Below, one piece after another: positions 1 through 11,504 of a stretch of 64,000 nt of DNA. The translations under genes were made by a program, and so were the position numbers. Numbering within the stretch: position 1 is the first letter of the stretch; every line of letters begins with the position of its first letter. The stretch comes from Geosiphon pyriformis uo1 (lineage: Eukaryota; Fungi; Glomeromycota): positions 62,001-126,000 of the forward strand of contig JAAOMT010000387.1 of NCBI GenBank assembly GCA_016748015.1. The letters run 5' to 3'. The notes below the pieces were generated by a model. It was not told where the DNA came from. It ran no database searches and saw nothing but the letters and a program-made list of their open reading frames with translations.

Positions 1-33
<33 letters not shown>

Positions 34-2032
34 TAGTTAACGAATGAAGTCCAAACGCTACCTACTACTATACATCAAAGAAATGATCTAAAGTAGACAC
101 GAATCATGCATTTTCTACATGTGACCAGCCACTTAGGCCAGTCAGAATAACACTATACAGCTATATGAACAGAAACTGAGTCACCAATACCAGAAAAAAA
201 TAAGCAACACTTGTGATAACCAAAGCTAATACTGAAAGCTTCAACCACTCCCAGCAAATTGACCACACCAGCAGAAAACTTCAAAGACAAACCAGACAAT
301 GAAATAGGAATCAAACTATCTAGAGGAATCAATCTGTTCTTCTCCATGTATGCACAATGTTTCACACAAACTAATCAAATATCATCCCTAAAAGTAAGAC
401 CAAGAGAACACGCAAACTCAACAATCTTTAAACTAGCCACCTTTGGGTTATGGAAGACAAGTACAGCCTCATGAAACCAATTATTAAAAACAAAACCTTT
501 ATAAAGAGTTGTTAACACTAAAGAACCAGAGACACAAGATGACAATAAATGCAACACATTCAACAAAGAATGAAACAATCCAGAAAGTGCCTTCCAAGAC
601 TTCATGTGGGATTCTAATAACCAACGCCAAGCAGAATTATTGACTTCACAAGAAAACACATGATCTAACATCTCTATTTTACTGTAATACAAACATAAAA
701 CACTAAGATAAGACCTATTATAAAGACACTTACGAACAGCCACAGACAGCTGATAATGTAAAGCCTTTATGAAATAAGTGTGCATATTAGCCAAGACTCC
801 CTTCATGAAATAAGTGCACATATTAGCCAAGACTCTGCTGGTAAAACCAGCAGCCATATGCAAATCTGGATGCCATACCAATGAGAAGTGCGACCAATCA
901 ATCTCAGAAACCAAATCACTTGCCAAAAACTTAACTCCTGAACTTATTTTCCAACATGCACGACTAATGGAGCAGAAAACATCTCAGACAAAACATCTAG
1001 AGTTACCAGAAATCACAACATCATTGGCCACTAAAAAGCACTTATCCAAGCAAGAAAGAAGAAACCAACTAGAAAGAGAATCAGAACCAGCAATCACATC
1101 AGTTTGCTTATTCCTTTCCACACCAGAATGACTTTTGACTTTATGCTAGCTAACCCTTAAATTCTTTTCATGAATTATGTTAACAATATGCCAATGCTCA
1201 ATCCAGCATTAACTGTAAAAATCAGGATGCAAAAGACCCAATTCCAACTTGCATGCATCCAAGACAAATTGACTATCTGAAAACAAGCAAACTGAACTAG
1301 AAGGGGGGACACATTCCAGGGCCAAAACAATGGCTTGTAGCTCAGCCAGAGTGGATGACATCACACCCGAAATGCCAACACCTAAACCCAGACCAATGTT
1401 CTCAAAAAAGGCAGCAGTGCCAGCTTTACAGCTGACTGTACCCAGATTTCTCAAAGATCCATCTGTGTAGACAAATAAACAACCAGTTTCAACATGTGAA
1501 AAATGATCACAAACAGACAAAAATTCACCAGAACCAAAAATATTCAAAGAACCAACATCATTCGAAACTGAAGAAAGAGCAAAAAAAGAAATCACACCAT
1601 TGAAAAATGCAGCAGAAAGCCTAAACCAATCAGAAATGGGGCCATAAAAGTCCAACCTCTTCTACTGCTTAAATACATACCAACTAAAAACAGAACCATG
1701 ATGATCATAAAGCTGATCAACAAAAGCTATACCATAATGCTGGAGAAATGGAAGAAACTTAAAAAATCTTGACTTGCTAAGAACAGCTGACATGGGCACT
1801 CCACCATTAAACCAAAATGCATTGGCTGAAGAGCCACCCAAAAACAAATTGCAATCAAAGAGTATGTGAACCAAGCCAGCCAGAAAGTTATTAGAAGCAC
1901 TGACACGAATACAAACTGGACAACTCAATGGGTAAACAGAATGCCAACACAAAACTTGTAAGTCATGAGATCTGTGAGAAAATAAGCAGCCCAAAATACC
2001 ATTGGAGTTTACAAAACTGATGTGAGAGGCGA
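1..2032 (-). mobile_element. LINE copy L-a, 3' part (RNase H, C-terminal zinc finger, 3' UTR, poly-A); interrupted by Gypsy A1
   Basis: Poly-T at 1-31. Minus-strand ORF fragments show RNase H (VYTDGSL...STLAELQAI...LFSDSQ, 1209-1655) and CLYY..E..DHVFSC (375-926), homologous to ORF2 of the full copy at 21765-27439. ORF2 stop at 153. Confidence 0.93.
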
Positions 2033-2706
2033 TGTTACCAGAGGTTTTTGGTCTCTTTTCTTAAATGTTGTTGATGCTTGTTTGCTGTGAATTCATGTTT
2101 TCTGGATGTGGTTGAACCTCCAGTAACTGAATTTATCTTCAAATTATCTCCTATAATTTGAACTTGCTGGGCTTATGAGTGGAATGGCCAATTCCATGCC
2201 AGTTGCTTTATGTAGTTACATTGTAGTAAACGTCAACTCTTTCCCAGGAATTGCTCATCTGGAAGCTCACTAAAAATGTGTAGTTACTTTGCTGTAAAAG
2301 TCAACTCTTCTACAGGAATCTCGTCTGTAGGCTACCCCAATGATTGTAATAAGAAAATAAAAAAAAATAAAAAAAATGTAAAAGAAATAGAATTTTGTTG
2401 AGGGAAACGTTTTCTATCCAGGCCTGGAGTCACTAACAGTTTACTGAAATTGGTAGCTAATCAATTTTGAAATGTTAGTTGGGTTTTGGGGATTTTCCAA
2501 GTACAATAATTAAAGAATTTGGTTTTTCGAATTATTTGATATTTATTTCTTTTTGTGTGTATAGAAATGGTTTTTAAGAGATAAATTTAAGATAAGATAC
2601 ATTTTCTCGAAGAGAAAAGCTCTTCTTTTATACAACTTGTCGTAACACTATTCTATGAACTTGAACTTTGCTATTTTCTAAAATTTTGCTGAACTAAAGA
2701 TACATT
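2033..2706 (-). repeat. 3' LTR of A1 (runs into assembly gap)
   Basis: Matches 10466-10749 with 6 substitutions in 284 bp. Homologous to LTRs at 23229, 32729, 41596 and 55536. Confidence 0.95.
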
Positions 2707-3285
2707 NNNNNNNNNNNNNNNNNNNNNNNNNNNNNNNNNNNNNNNNNNNNNNNNNNNNNNNNNNNNNNNNNNNNNNNNNNNNNNNNNNNNNNNNNNNNNN
2801 NNNNNNNNNNNNNNNNNNNNNNNNNNNNNNNNNNNNNNNNNNNNNNNNNNNNNNNNNNNNNNNNNNNNNNNNNNNNNNNNNNNNNNNNNNNNNNNNNNNN
2901 NNNNNNNNNNNNNNNNNNNNNNNNNNNNNNNNNNNNNNNNNNNNNNNNNNNNNNNNNNNNNNNNNNNNNNNNNNNNNNNNNNNNNNNNNNNNNNNNNNNN
3001 NNNNNNNNNNNNNNNNNNNNNNNNNNNNNNNNNNNNNNNNNNNNNNNNNNNNNNNNNNNNNNNNNNNNNNNNNNNNNNNNNNNNNNNNNNNNNNNNNNNN
3101 NNNNNNNNNNNNNNNNNNNNNNNNNNNNNNNNNNNNNNNNNNNNNNNNNNNNNNNNNNNNNNNNNNNNNNNNNNNNNNNNNNNNNNNNNNNNNNNNNNNN
3201 NNNNNNNNNNNNNNNNNNNNNNNNNNNNNNNNNNNNNNNNNNNNNNNNNNNNNNNNNNNNNNNNNNNNNNNNNNNNNNNNNNNNT
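2707..3285. other. assembly gap (N run); should hold the rest of the A1 3' LTR, the PPT and ORF3
   Basis: N run whose flanks align to copy A2 on both sides. Confidence 0.95.
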
Positions 3286-3368
3286 TGGTGTATGGGTTTT
3301 TATGTTATTTTTGTTTTGTTTTTGTGAGATTGTTTCTAAATTATAAGAAAATAACTAGTAAAATTAAA

Positions 3369-6300
3369 TTAAGTGTTCAGATTGGAGGGTTGTTCAATGA
3401 CAACTATTGGTTCTAAGTTTCGGGGAATGTCTTCGGGACTGACCAAAGGGGAATGTGTACCGATTTGTGGAATTAATGGTTCAAGATTGTTTCTGGAATG
3501 ATAGTGTTTCAAACAATCTCCATGTGCAACTTTTGCTAGGATTTTGTTATCAAGTCTTAGCTTGTATGATCTATTGCTTAGGACTTCATGGATAAAGAAT
3601 AGTCCATCCCATTTATTTTCAAATTTTCCACTCTATTATTTTTCAGCTTTAGTTCTGTGTAAGAAAACTTTGTTTCCAATTTTGAATTTATTGGTGACTG
3701 AAGACAATTTGTCATCATGCCATTCTTTTTGTTGAGCTTGGGAGTGTTCAATATGGGTGGCTGCTATTCGTCGTTTTCCTTCCAATGTGCTAAGCAGAGT
3801 GTAGACTCTTCGCTGAAGCATTTCTTGGAAATTGTTTTTATTGATCGGTTGTGCTGGGTATGTTTCTACTGTAAAACTAATTGGTAACGTTGCCGTCCTT
3901 CCATAAGTTAAATCAAATGGTGTGTGTTTTGTGGTATCTTGTTTTAATATTCTATATGCTAGTAACACTGATGGGATAAAGAGATCCCATTCTTGCTCAA
4001 AATCAGTTAAGACTTTGGCTAATGACTCACACAATGTTCTGTTAAACTGTTCCACAAGTCCATTTGTTTGTGGATGGTAAGGCGAAGACAGAGATCTTTT
4101 GACATTGAATCGTTCACAAATTTCTTGTATCAGGTTGTTCACAAAGTGTGTTCCCTAATCAGATAAAAATTCAATTGGACATCCATGTCTACAAATGATG
4201 TCTTCGTTGATGAAATTTGCTACTGATTTTGTATCTGCTTGTTGAATGGCTCTGGTTTTAGGCCATTTAGTAAGATAGTCTACAGCTACTGCAATATAAC
4301 GGTTTCCTTGAGTGGTGATAGATAGTGGTCCAACTAAATCGATACCAACTCTGTCAAAAGGCTGTCCAACTTTGATTGGATTTAAAGGTTCTGTAGGGCG
4401 AGTTCCTCCTTTTCTTTGACAAACATCACAAAATTCGACATATTCATGAATGTCTTTTTTCATTCGAGGCCAAAAGTAGTATTCTAGTGTTCTTTGGGTG
4501 GTGCTATCTTTTCTGAAGTGTGCTGATGAAGAATCCGAGTGTATGTTGTATAAAATGGTCTTTTTTTCTTGTTCTTGTATTAATCTGAGTGGTTTGGTTG
4601 GGTTTTTGAAATTTCGATAATAGATAATGTTGTTGTGTAGAAAATATTGTTTGGCTTGTTGTTGTAACTGATGTTTTTCATCTGGGGACCAATCTGTTGG
4701 GATTGTTAATGTCTCCAAATATTGTTTGAGATTGTTGTAGTTTTCAGGGTTCATTGTTTGTTGTTTTGATGCTATTAATTCAATTAGGTGTTGGTTTTGT
4801 TTCTAATCTTGCCTCATCCTTGAGAGACAATCAACGTTGGTGTGGAGTTTTCCTGGTTTGTGGTGTACAATGTATTGGTAATTAGCTAAAAATCCTGTCC
4901 ATTGGGTTTGTTTTGCGTTCAGCTGGGTGTTTTTGTTTTGAAGCCATTTAAGTCCAATATTATCAGTGATAATATCAAATTCTTTGGGTCTGAGATAAAG
5001 GTTGAAGTGATGTAGGGCCCAGATTACTGCTGCGGTTTCTAATTCTGTTGCGGGGTAGTTCTTTTCGGCTGGCTTTAATGTTCTACTAGCATAAGCAATT
5101 ACTCACTCATTTCCATTGTCATCTAACTGTGATAGAATGGCACCAAAGACAGTATAAGAAGCGTCAGTTGCTAACCAGAATCAGTTGTTGAAGTTTGGGT
5201 AGGCGAGGATTGGGGCTGTTGTGAGTTTTTCCTTGAGTATCTTGAAGGCCTTTTGGTGTTCTTTTGTCCATTTGTATTTGACATTTTTCATAGTGAGCTG
5301 GTTGAGGGGTTTTGCAATTTCTGAGAATCCTTTAATGAATTTTCGGTAATAGGATGCTAATCCAATAAATCCTCTTAATTCTGTGGTATTTCGTGGAGTC
5401 TTGAAGTTTTTGACAGTACTGATTTTTCTAGGGTCTGGTTTAATTCCATCTTTGCTAACAATGTGACCAAAAAAAGCTAAACTTGTTTTTCCGAAGTAGC
5501 ATTTTTCAATGCTCAGTTTCAATCCTGCTTTTTGTAATCGTTGAAAAACTTCTCGCAGGTGAATTAAATATAGCTCAAATGATAGTGAATAAACATCAGT
5601 GTCATCAAGATAAACTATTACTGATTTCCAAAGGAGACCTTTGTAAACAACATCCATGAGTCTTTGAAATGTTGCTGGTGTATTGCATAATCCAAAAGGC
5701 ATTACATTGAACTCGTAATTTCTTCCTTGAGTGGTGAATGCTGTTTTGGGGCGGTCTTTGGGATCCATAGCAACTTGCCAGTATCCACTCTCTAAATCTA
5801 ATATTGAAAAGTATTTGGACTTTTCAAGAGCATCCAACATGTCATCAATTCGGGGAAGAGGGTAGGCATCCCCAATAGTGACACTGTTGAGTTGTCGGTA
5901 ATCAACACAAAATCGTATCTTTCCATTTTTTTTTTTAACTAGAACCACAGGTGAGGCCCATGGGCTTATTGATGGTTGAATAAGCCCATTGTTAAGCATC
6001 TGTTGTACTTCTTCTCGGATAAATTGGTGACTTTCTGGAGCAACTCAGTAGGCTTGTTTTCGCTTGGGTTTGGTATCTCCTGTATAGATTTGGTGTTGAA
6101 CCAAATCAGTTCTTCCTAAGTCATTGTTGTTTTTGGCGAAGATATCAGCAAATTCCGCAATTAGTTCTTTGAGCTGGGTCTGTTGTTGTAGTTCAAGTTG
6201 TCCCATGTTGATTTGAGATAGTTTTTCCATGACAACATGATAGTTTTCAGAGCTAGGGTTTGGGTTGATTTTCAGTAGGGAATGTCCAATAATTTCAGAG

Positions 6301-9300
6301 AAATCGGGGACTGTTTGGGGTAATTCTTGTTGAAATATATTACTGTGAATAACTCCAATTTCTAAATTATTTAATAAAATTATGGGATAATTATTGGGAT
6401 TGTAAAAAGTAACTTGGACTTTTTTTGTTTCTTCTGGAATATAAATGTTTGGGATCAAAATATTATGTTCCAAGCAGACTTGTTCATTGGATTCAAAAAT
6501 TTGTTGTGTGGTTGTTGGCTTTGTGCAAGTGTAAATTTCTGGATGTTCTCCAAAGGGTGAGATGGTAATCGGTTGTAGAAGTCTGAGAATCTGGTGGGAT
6601 TTGTTCTGTGTGTTAAGAGCTATATTAACTGGAACTGTGAATTGTCTAGTTGAACCAAAATCTTGGGTTCCTCTATCACTTTTTCCTAATTGTTCTCTTT
6701 GATTGACTAGTTGCAAATCCGAAATGTTGATTAAGGGTAGGTAAATAGCTTGGGCAATTTTTTCAGCATGTTCGATCTTGAATGGTTTGTCAGTTTCATT
6801 TTAAAGCATCACTGTTATGTCTCCAGTATATCCAGCATCGATTATTCCTTCTCTGATATTGATTCTTTTGCTTGCCAAAGAGGACCGGGAGACGATTTGA
6901 ACCATTGCTCCTGGTGGGATTTCGAGTGCAATTTTAAGATTGATTTTTGTGAGAGATTTGGGTTTGAGAACAAGAGTATCCTTGCCTGGATATCTTAGGT
7001 CATATCCAGCATCAATTTTATGTACTTTTTCGGGTTTTATTCCTTGTTCGTTGCTGTTAAAGTATTTAAGTTGTAAGGCAGGCTGATTTTCGATAAGGTA
7101 AATGGGTATTGTTTCAATTTCTTCTATTTCTTCAGGTTCTCCAAATTCAATTTCATTCTCATCATTTTCACTGGGCAAGGAAATACTAAGAGCATAGCAT
7201 TCAGGACACCACTGTTTATCACAAGGCATAATGCATTCTTCACATAGCCTAATGTTCATTTGCTCTAATCATTGAATTTGAGCTTCTTGGGTCGGGTAGG
7301 TGTAACTTACAATTTGGTGGTAGACTTCTACTTCATCTTTGTAATCAAATCCAGCTAATTCCATAGTGTATTCAATGTATTCTGCTTTTTTCATTTGACA
7401 AACATCTTCTTTGGTAGCTCCATTAATTAATGCTATTGCTAAGTTAAAAATTATCTCGGCATCATAAGGGTAGTAATAAAGTTTGTTGAGAGCACTGTTG
7501 TATGCTGCATTAAAGGGTGTTCCTCTTTTTACTTTTTCTGAAATTGATAAAGCATATTGGCAGGTCTGATCATAGACGCCTCCTCTTATTGCTACATCAA
7601 TCCAATTGTATTCTTCTGGTAGCATATCCCCACAAGTCAAACAAGGAGTGTTGTCCCATTTTCCACTCCTTTTTATTAGATGGCCCTATCGCTCTCTGTG
7701 GCAAGCCTTGCAGTAATAACAAGTATGATTCTCATATTTTTCTTCAGGTAAAATGCAGGCTCCCATTGACAATAGTTTCTTGTGACAGTCCTTACATTTA
7801 AGGGGAATATAGAGGCGTTGTTTCCTTGGTTCGGGTTTTAAGTAAGGTATATTGCATCCAGAAGTTTCAGGTTTAGTGTGTGGGGTAAAATGTTCTTGTT
7901 CTGTTTCATCAGCCCAGTTGGATGTTGATCCAAGAGCCATGAATGTTTCGATTATTGGTTTTTTTTCTTCTGGTTCAAATTCAAAAGCCGGGGCTTTTTC
8001 AGAGCGTTTGTTGAATGTACCACAAATGGCAGGTACCCAGGCATGTTGTCCTTGGTAGGAGATTGTTAACTCTTGTGTTTCCCAGTTCAGATTAGCATTG
8101 GCTTTTTGAAGCCAATCATTTCTGACAAGGGCTTGGTACTGGGGTGCATCCATTACAAGAACTTTGACTGGAATGGTGATTCCATCAAGAGTGAATGGAA
8201 AATTGTCAATTTCTCCTACTGGTGTCTTTTTCATGCCATCGGCAGTGATGATTACTGTTTGAGCTGGTCGGTCGACATTTCTTTTCAACTGTTGCATTAA
8301 CTGGTAGGTAATAATGCTTCCGGCAGATCTACTGTCTAGGATCAAGCGAATTGGCTTTCCTTTTACTTCAGCTTCTGTGTACATTGCAGTGATGGCTTTT
8401 TGTTCATTAGCCACTGCATTGCTAAGCAAGAATGGTGATTCATTTGCTTCAAATTCAAAAGGAAAGATATCAGAGAGATTGGCGTTTTCAGCAATTCGGG
8501 CTGGTGGAATAGTAATGTGATTATGAGAAGGGTTTTGTTGTTGTTGTGCTGCAGCTCTACCTTCCAAAAGTGTAGTATGGTGAAAATTCTGTTCTTTTGG
8601 CATTGTTAAATAACTGGGTTGAGTGTGGTAGTGGTTGGGTCTTGGTTGAGTGAAATTTTGGAGAACCAATTGGTTATTTGGACTGATTCTATTGTTGTTT
8701 ACTTGGTATTGGTTTTGTGGTGTGAATTGATTTTGTGTAATCAGTCTTCAAGCAGGTACTTGATAATGTTGTGTGGGTGGTTATTGGTATTGCTGTTGGA
8801 TTGGTTGTGGGGCGGGCTGATAATAGTTATTTTGGTACTAGGATCTTGGTGGATAGTAAGCTGATGGTGATGGTTGATAATAAGATTGCTGTGGTGGAGA
8901 GTAACATTGATTACCCCTGTTTTGTTGGTCTTGCTGTAGCTTTCTGCAATCTTTTTTCCAGTGGCCAGAGATTTCACAGTAATGGCAATTCTGGGGCTGG
9001 TTATTTGAAAATGGTGCAAAGTTATTTTGATTTTGTCTTTGGGGTGGTTGATATCTTTGGGGTTGTTGTTGTTGTTGGTTGGTAAAATAGTTTTCGATCT
9101 TCTTTGTGAGTTGGTCAATTTTTTTCTTAGCTGCTGAGCTGGTTTCTCTAATTGCCAAATTTACAAGTTTTGTACGATTGGCCTCTTTCATGGCCATTTC
9201 GTATCTTTTCGCATGCTGGATGGCAGAGTTTAAATCTTCTGGCGCGTGTGGGCGAACCTTTTTAATTAGTTTATCTTTTAGACCAGCAAATTGATCCAAG

Positions 9301-10421
9301 ATTTGAGCATCGGAATAATAATCGTTTGTCTCGAGTTGGCGAATCTATCTGAGAAGTTTGTTGAATTTCCCAATATAAGTCATAACGGATTCGGAGGGTT
9401 CTTGTTTGATATTTCGAAAACGATTGTGAAGAGTAATAGAGGTATTATTGTCAGTGAACTGTTCAAGGAAGGCTGTTTTGAAAGCATTCCAATCATTGAA
9501 TAGGGCAGCAAGGTTTTCAAACCATTCTTCTGCTGTTTCTTTGAGAAAGTAGGGAATTGTTCTTAACATTCTGGCAGTGTTCCATCCATTTGCATCTCCA
9601 GCTTTAGTAACTTGGTCGAGTCATTCTTGGGGACTGGTCTCAATATCTTCTCCATTGAATTCAGGGATTTTTGCGATGTATGTTGTCATTTCGTTTTCTT
9701 CGTTTTTACTGTCTATTGATTCTTCTTCGGTTATTTCAGAGTTGTTTTCTTTGTTTGCTGCTGTCTCAGAGTGTTCACTTTGATTTTTAGCTAGAAAATC
9801 AAGGAGATTGGAACTAGTTTGAAGGGGTTCTTGTTGTCTGGTAGGACTTCTGAGTGATGTAAAATCTTCTGGTCTTGCAAATCGATTCAAGAGTGAATTA
9901 GGTGTTTGTGCTTGTACAAGTGAGGCTGGAAAAGGTGTGATAGTAAGTGGAAGTTTTGAACTGGTTCCTTGTTCAGGTGTTTGTAAATGTTTAGCAGTTG
10001 TTTTCGGTAGTGTTGGAGTATTTGGGGTGGTTCTTGAATATTGCTTTAATTTGTTTTTGCCTTTGTTGCTTGTTTCTGTTTCCGATTCAAAATTAATAGT
10101 GTATTGAGACTGCACTGGATATGTTTCTTCACAGTATTTGATAATGTTATAATTAAGTTCGTGAAAGTAAGTGGCAAGTGTTTCACTATTAAGGTCTTCA
10201 GTTCCCAACTGTGAATAGTGTGCTAAATTATTGTAAAGGTTGCTTCTAACTTCTGAGATATTGTAATTTCCAAAAAGATAATTGTTGATGCGGTTTTCAA
10301 TGTATTGGTATACTGATTTCTTGACAATTTCAATTCCGTCTGGAATGTTGAATCTTTGCTTGCAGTGGGTGTAAATTGATTGGTAATACTCTAGAGTTGT
10401 TGTGTCTGGTGTGGTCGCCAC
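3369..10421 (-). pseudogene. A1 single-frame Gag-Pol polyprotein (~2350 aa): N-extension, Gag, CCHC, protease, Cys-rich domain, dUTPase, RT, RNase H, integrase; nonsense-disrupted
   Basis: Ten ORF fragments (starts 10451, 9569, 9299, 8669, 7640, 7259, 6716, 5999, 4754, 4142) are all in one frame. Motifs: CHYCEISGHWKKDC, LILDSRSAGS, DAGYDL/SRSSLA/GIIDAGYTG/KIAQ/RGTQDFGST, PWASPVVLVKKK, YLDD, H-H-CDVC, GIDLVGP, YHPQTNGLVE, KWDG. At least 12 in-frame stops. Confidence 0.95.
6640..7077 (-). pseudogene. dUTPase domain in A1 pol (between protease and RT)
   Basis: All five trimeric-dUTPase motifs in order: DAGYDL, SRSSLA, GIIDAGYTG, KIAQAI, SDRGTQDFGST (GFGSTG in A2). Confidence 0.93.
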
Positions 10422-10450
10422 TTTGAGTTGTTTTTGCTGTGTTGTTTCCA

Positions 10451-10463
10451 TGGGAGAGCACCA
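10451..10463 (-). promoter_or_regulatory. primer binding site of A1 (TGGTGCTCTCCCA)
   Basis: Starts 2 nt after the LTR end with TGG (complement of tRNA CCA). Same core in A2 (41581-41593) and family B (51466-51480). tRNA identity not determined. Confidence 0.85.
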
Positions 10464-10465
10464 AA

Positions 10466-11068
10466 TGTTACCGGAGGTTTTTGGTCTCTTTTCTTAAATG
10501 TTGTTGATGCTTGTTTGCTGTGAATTCATGTTTTCTGGATGTGGTTGAACCTCCAGTAACTGAATTTATCTTCAAATTATCTCCTATAATTTGAACTTGC
10601 TGGGCTTATGAGTGGAATGGCCAATTCCGTGCCAGTTGCTTTATGTAGTTACGTTGTAGTAAACGTCAACTTTTTCCCAGGAATTGCTCGTCTGGAAGCT
10701 CACTAAAAATGTGTAGTTACTTTGCTGTGAAAGTCAACTCTTCTACAGGNNNNNNNNNNNNNNNNNNNNNNNNNNNNNNNNNNNNNNGAACTATTAGATA
10801 TTTCGGTGAACTATCAATTATTTCAGCGAATTTCTACAAATTTCGGCGAACTTCTGAATGTTACATAGTTCAGGGTATTGCATGATTGATCATCGCAATT
10901 AGGTTACATTTGTGTTGTGTACAATTTGGGTTATTAATTAAATGATAATTTCGGACATTTTTGCTAATGTAATAAGTGATCATTTGAAATGATAATATAT
11001 GCTAATTAATGATAGGAATTATAAGATAATTTCATGCTAAATAATATCTCTAATTTCGTCTGGTAACA
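10466..11068 (-). repeat. 5' LTR of A1 (contains gap 10750-10787)
   Basis: Homologous to the 3' LTR and to the A2 LTRs; adjacent to the PBS. Confidence 0.95.
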
Positions 11069-11072
11069 GCGA

Positions 11073-11118
11073 CCTTGTTCTCAGATTGGACCTACAAAAA
11101 GGACTTTAGACCATAAGG
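11073..11118 (-). mobile_element. LINE L-a, 5'-most remnant (5'-truncated)
   Basis: Reverse strand reads YGLKSFL*VQSENKVAS, joining in register across A1 to ASHISFVNSNGILG at 2032. Matches LYGLKTFEQIQAKSKLAS of the full LINE. Confidence 0.85.
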
Positions 11119-11504
11119 TCTTTTTTTTGTTATTGTATTTATTACTTCCAAAAAATTTTTTACTATTTAATTGTATTATGTTTACTTTTTAAAAATTTCA
11201 AAATCTTGTTTTTTTATTTTTTTAACTTAGAATTAATAAGCTTAAATAATATAAATAAAATTTAAAAAAAAAAAGAACTTTGCTAAAGTTTTTTCCTTTA
11301 ATAAAAAGTTAACAAGAGAAAAATGTGTTTATAAATCAGTTTATTAACAAAAGATTTAGTTTAATTAAATATATTAATATAAACATATATTAAACCGTGT
11401 TTTTTCAATGTAACAAATTGGTATCACGTGTTAGGAATTTTTTACAATTCAAAAATTTGCCCTTTGGTGTCGTTGTACGTCCTGTATTCCAGCTTTTGAT
11501 CAAA

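Larger units (their letters stand above)
2033..11068 (-). mobile_element. Ty3/Gypsy LTR retrotransposon family A, copy A1 (full length, dUTPase-containing)
   Basis: TGTTA...TAACA termini. 4-bp TSD GCGA at 2029-2032 and 11069-11072. LTRs at both ends, PBS present, domain order gag-PR-RT-RH-IN. Confidence 0.96.

Noticed and set aside
259-1131. Short antisense or alternate-frame ORFs over TEs (also 8619-9118, 39849-40133, 62364-63122)
   Set aside because: Shadow ORFs caused by strand compositional skew; no motifs.
2707-3285. A1 lacking ORF3 or having short LTRs
   Set aside because: The missing parts coincide with N gaps, whose lengths are unreliable.
7700-7800. Canonical ZF-CXXC CpG-binding domain
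   Set aside because: Only one CxxCxxC, with no paired CGxCxxC or KFGG spacing. Kept as an unclassified Cys-rich domain.
10449-10451. ATG start of A1 gag given by the ORF track
   Set aside because: It abuts the PBS, is absent in A2 (ACA, with a 1-nt indel before the GTG), and is likely ACG>ATG decay.
10451-10463. tRNA gene
   Set aside because: Only a ~13-nt complement of a tRNA 3' end (PBS); no cloverleaf.
11424-11459. E-box CACGTG and RRPE-like AAAAATTT upstream of NOC4
   Set aside because: Single short motifs that are expected by chance; no comparative support.
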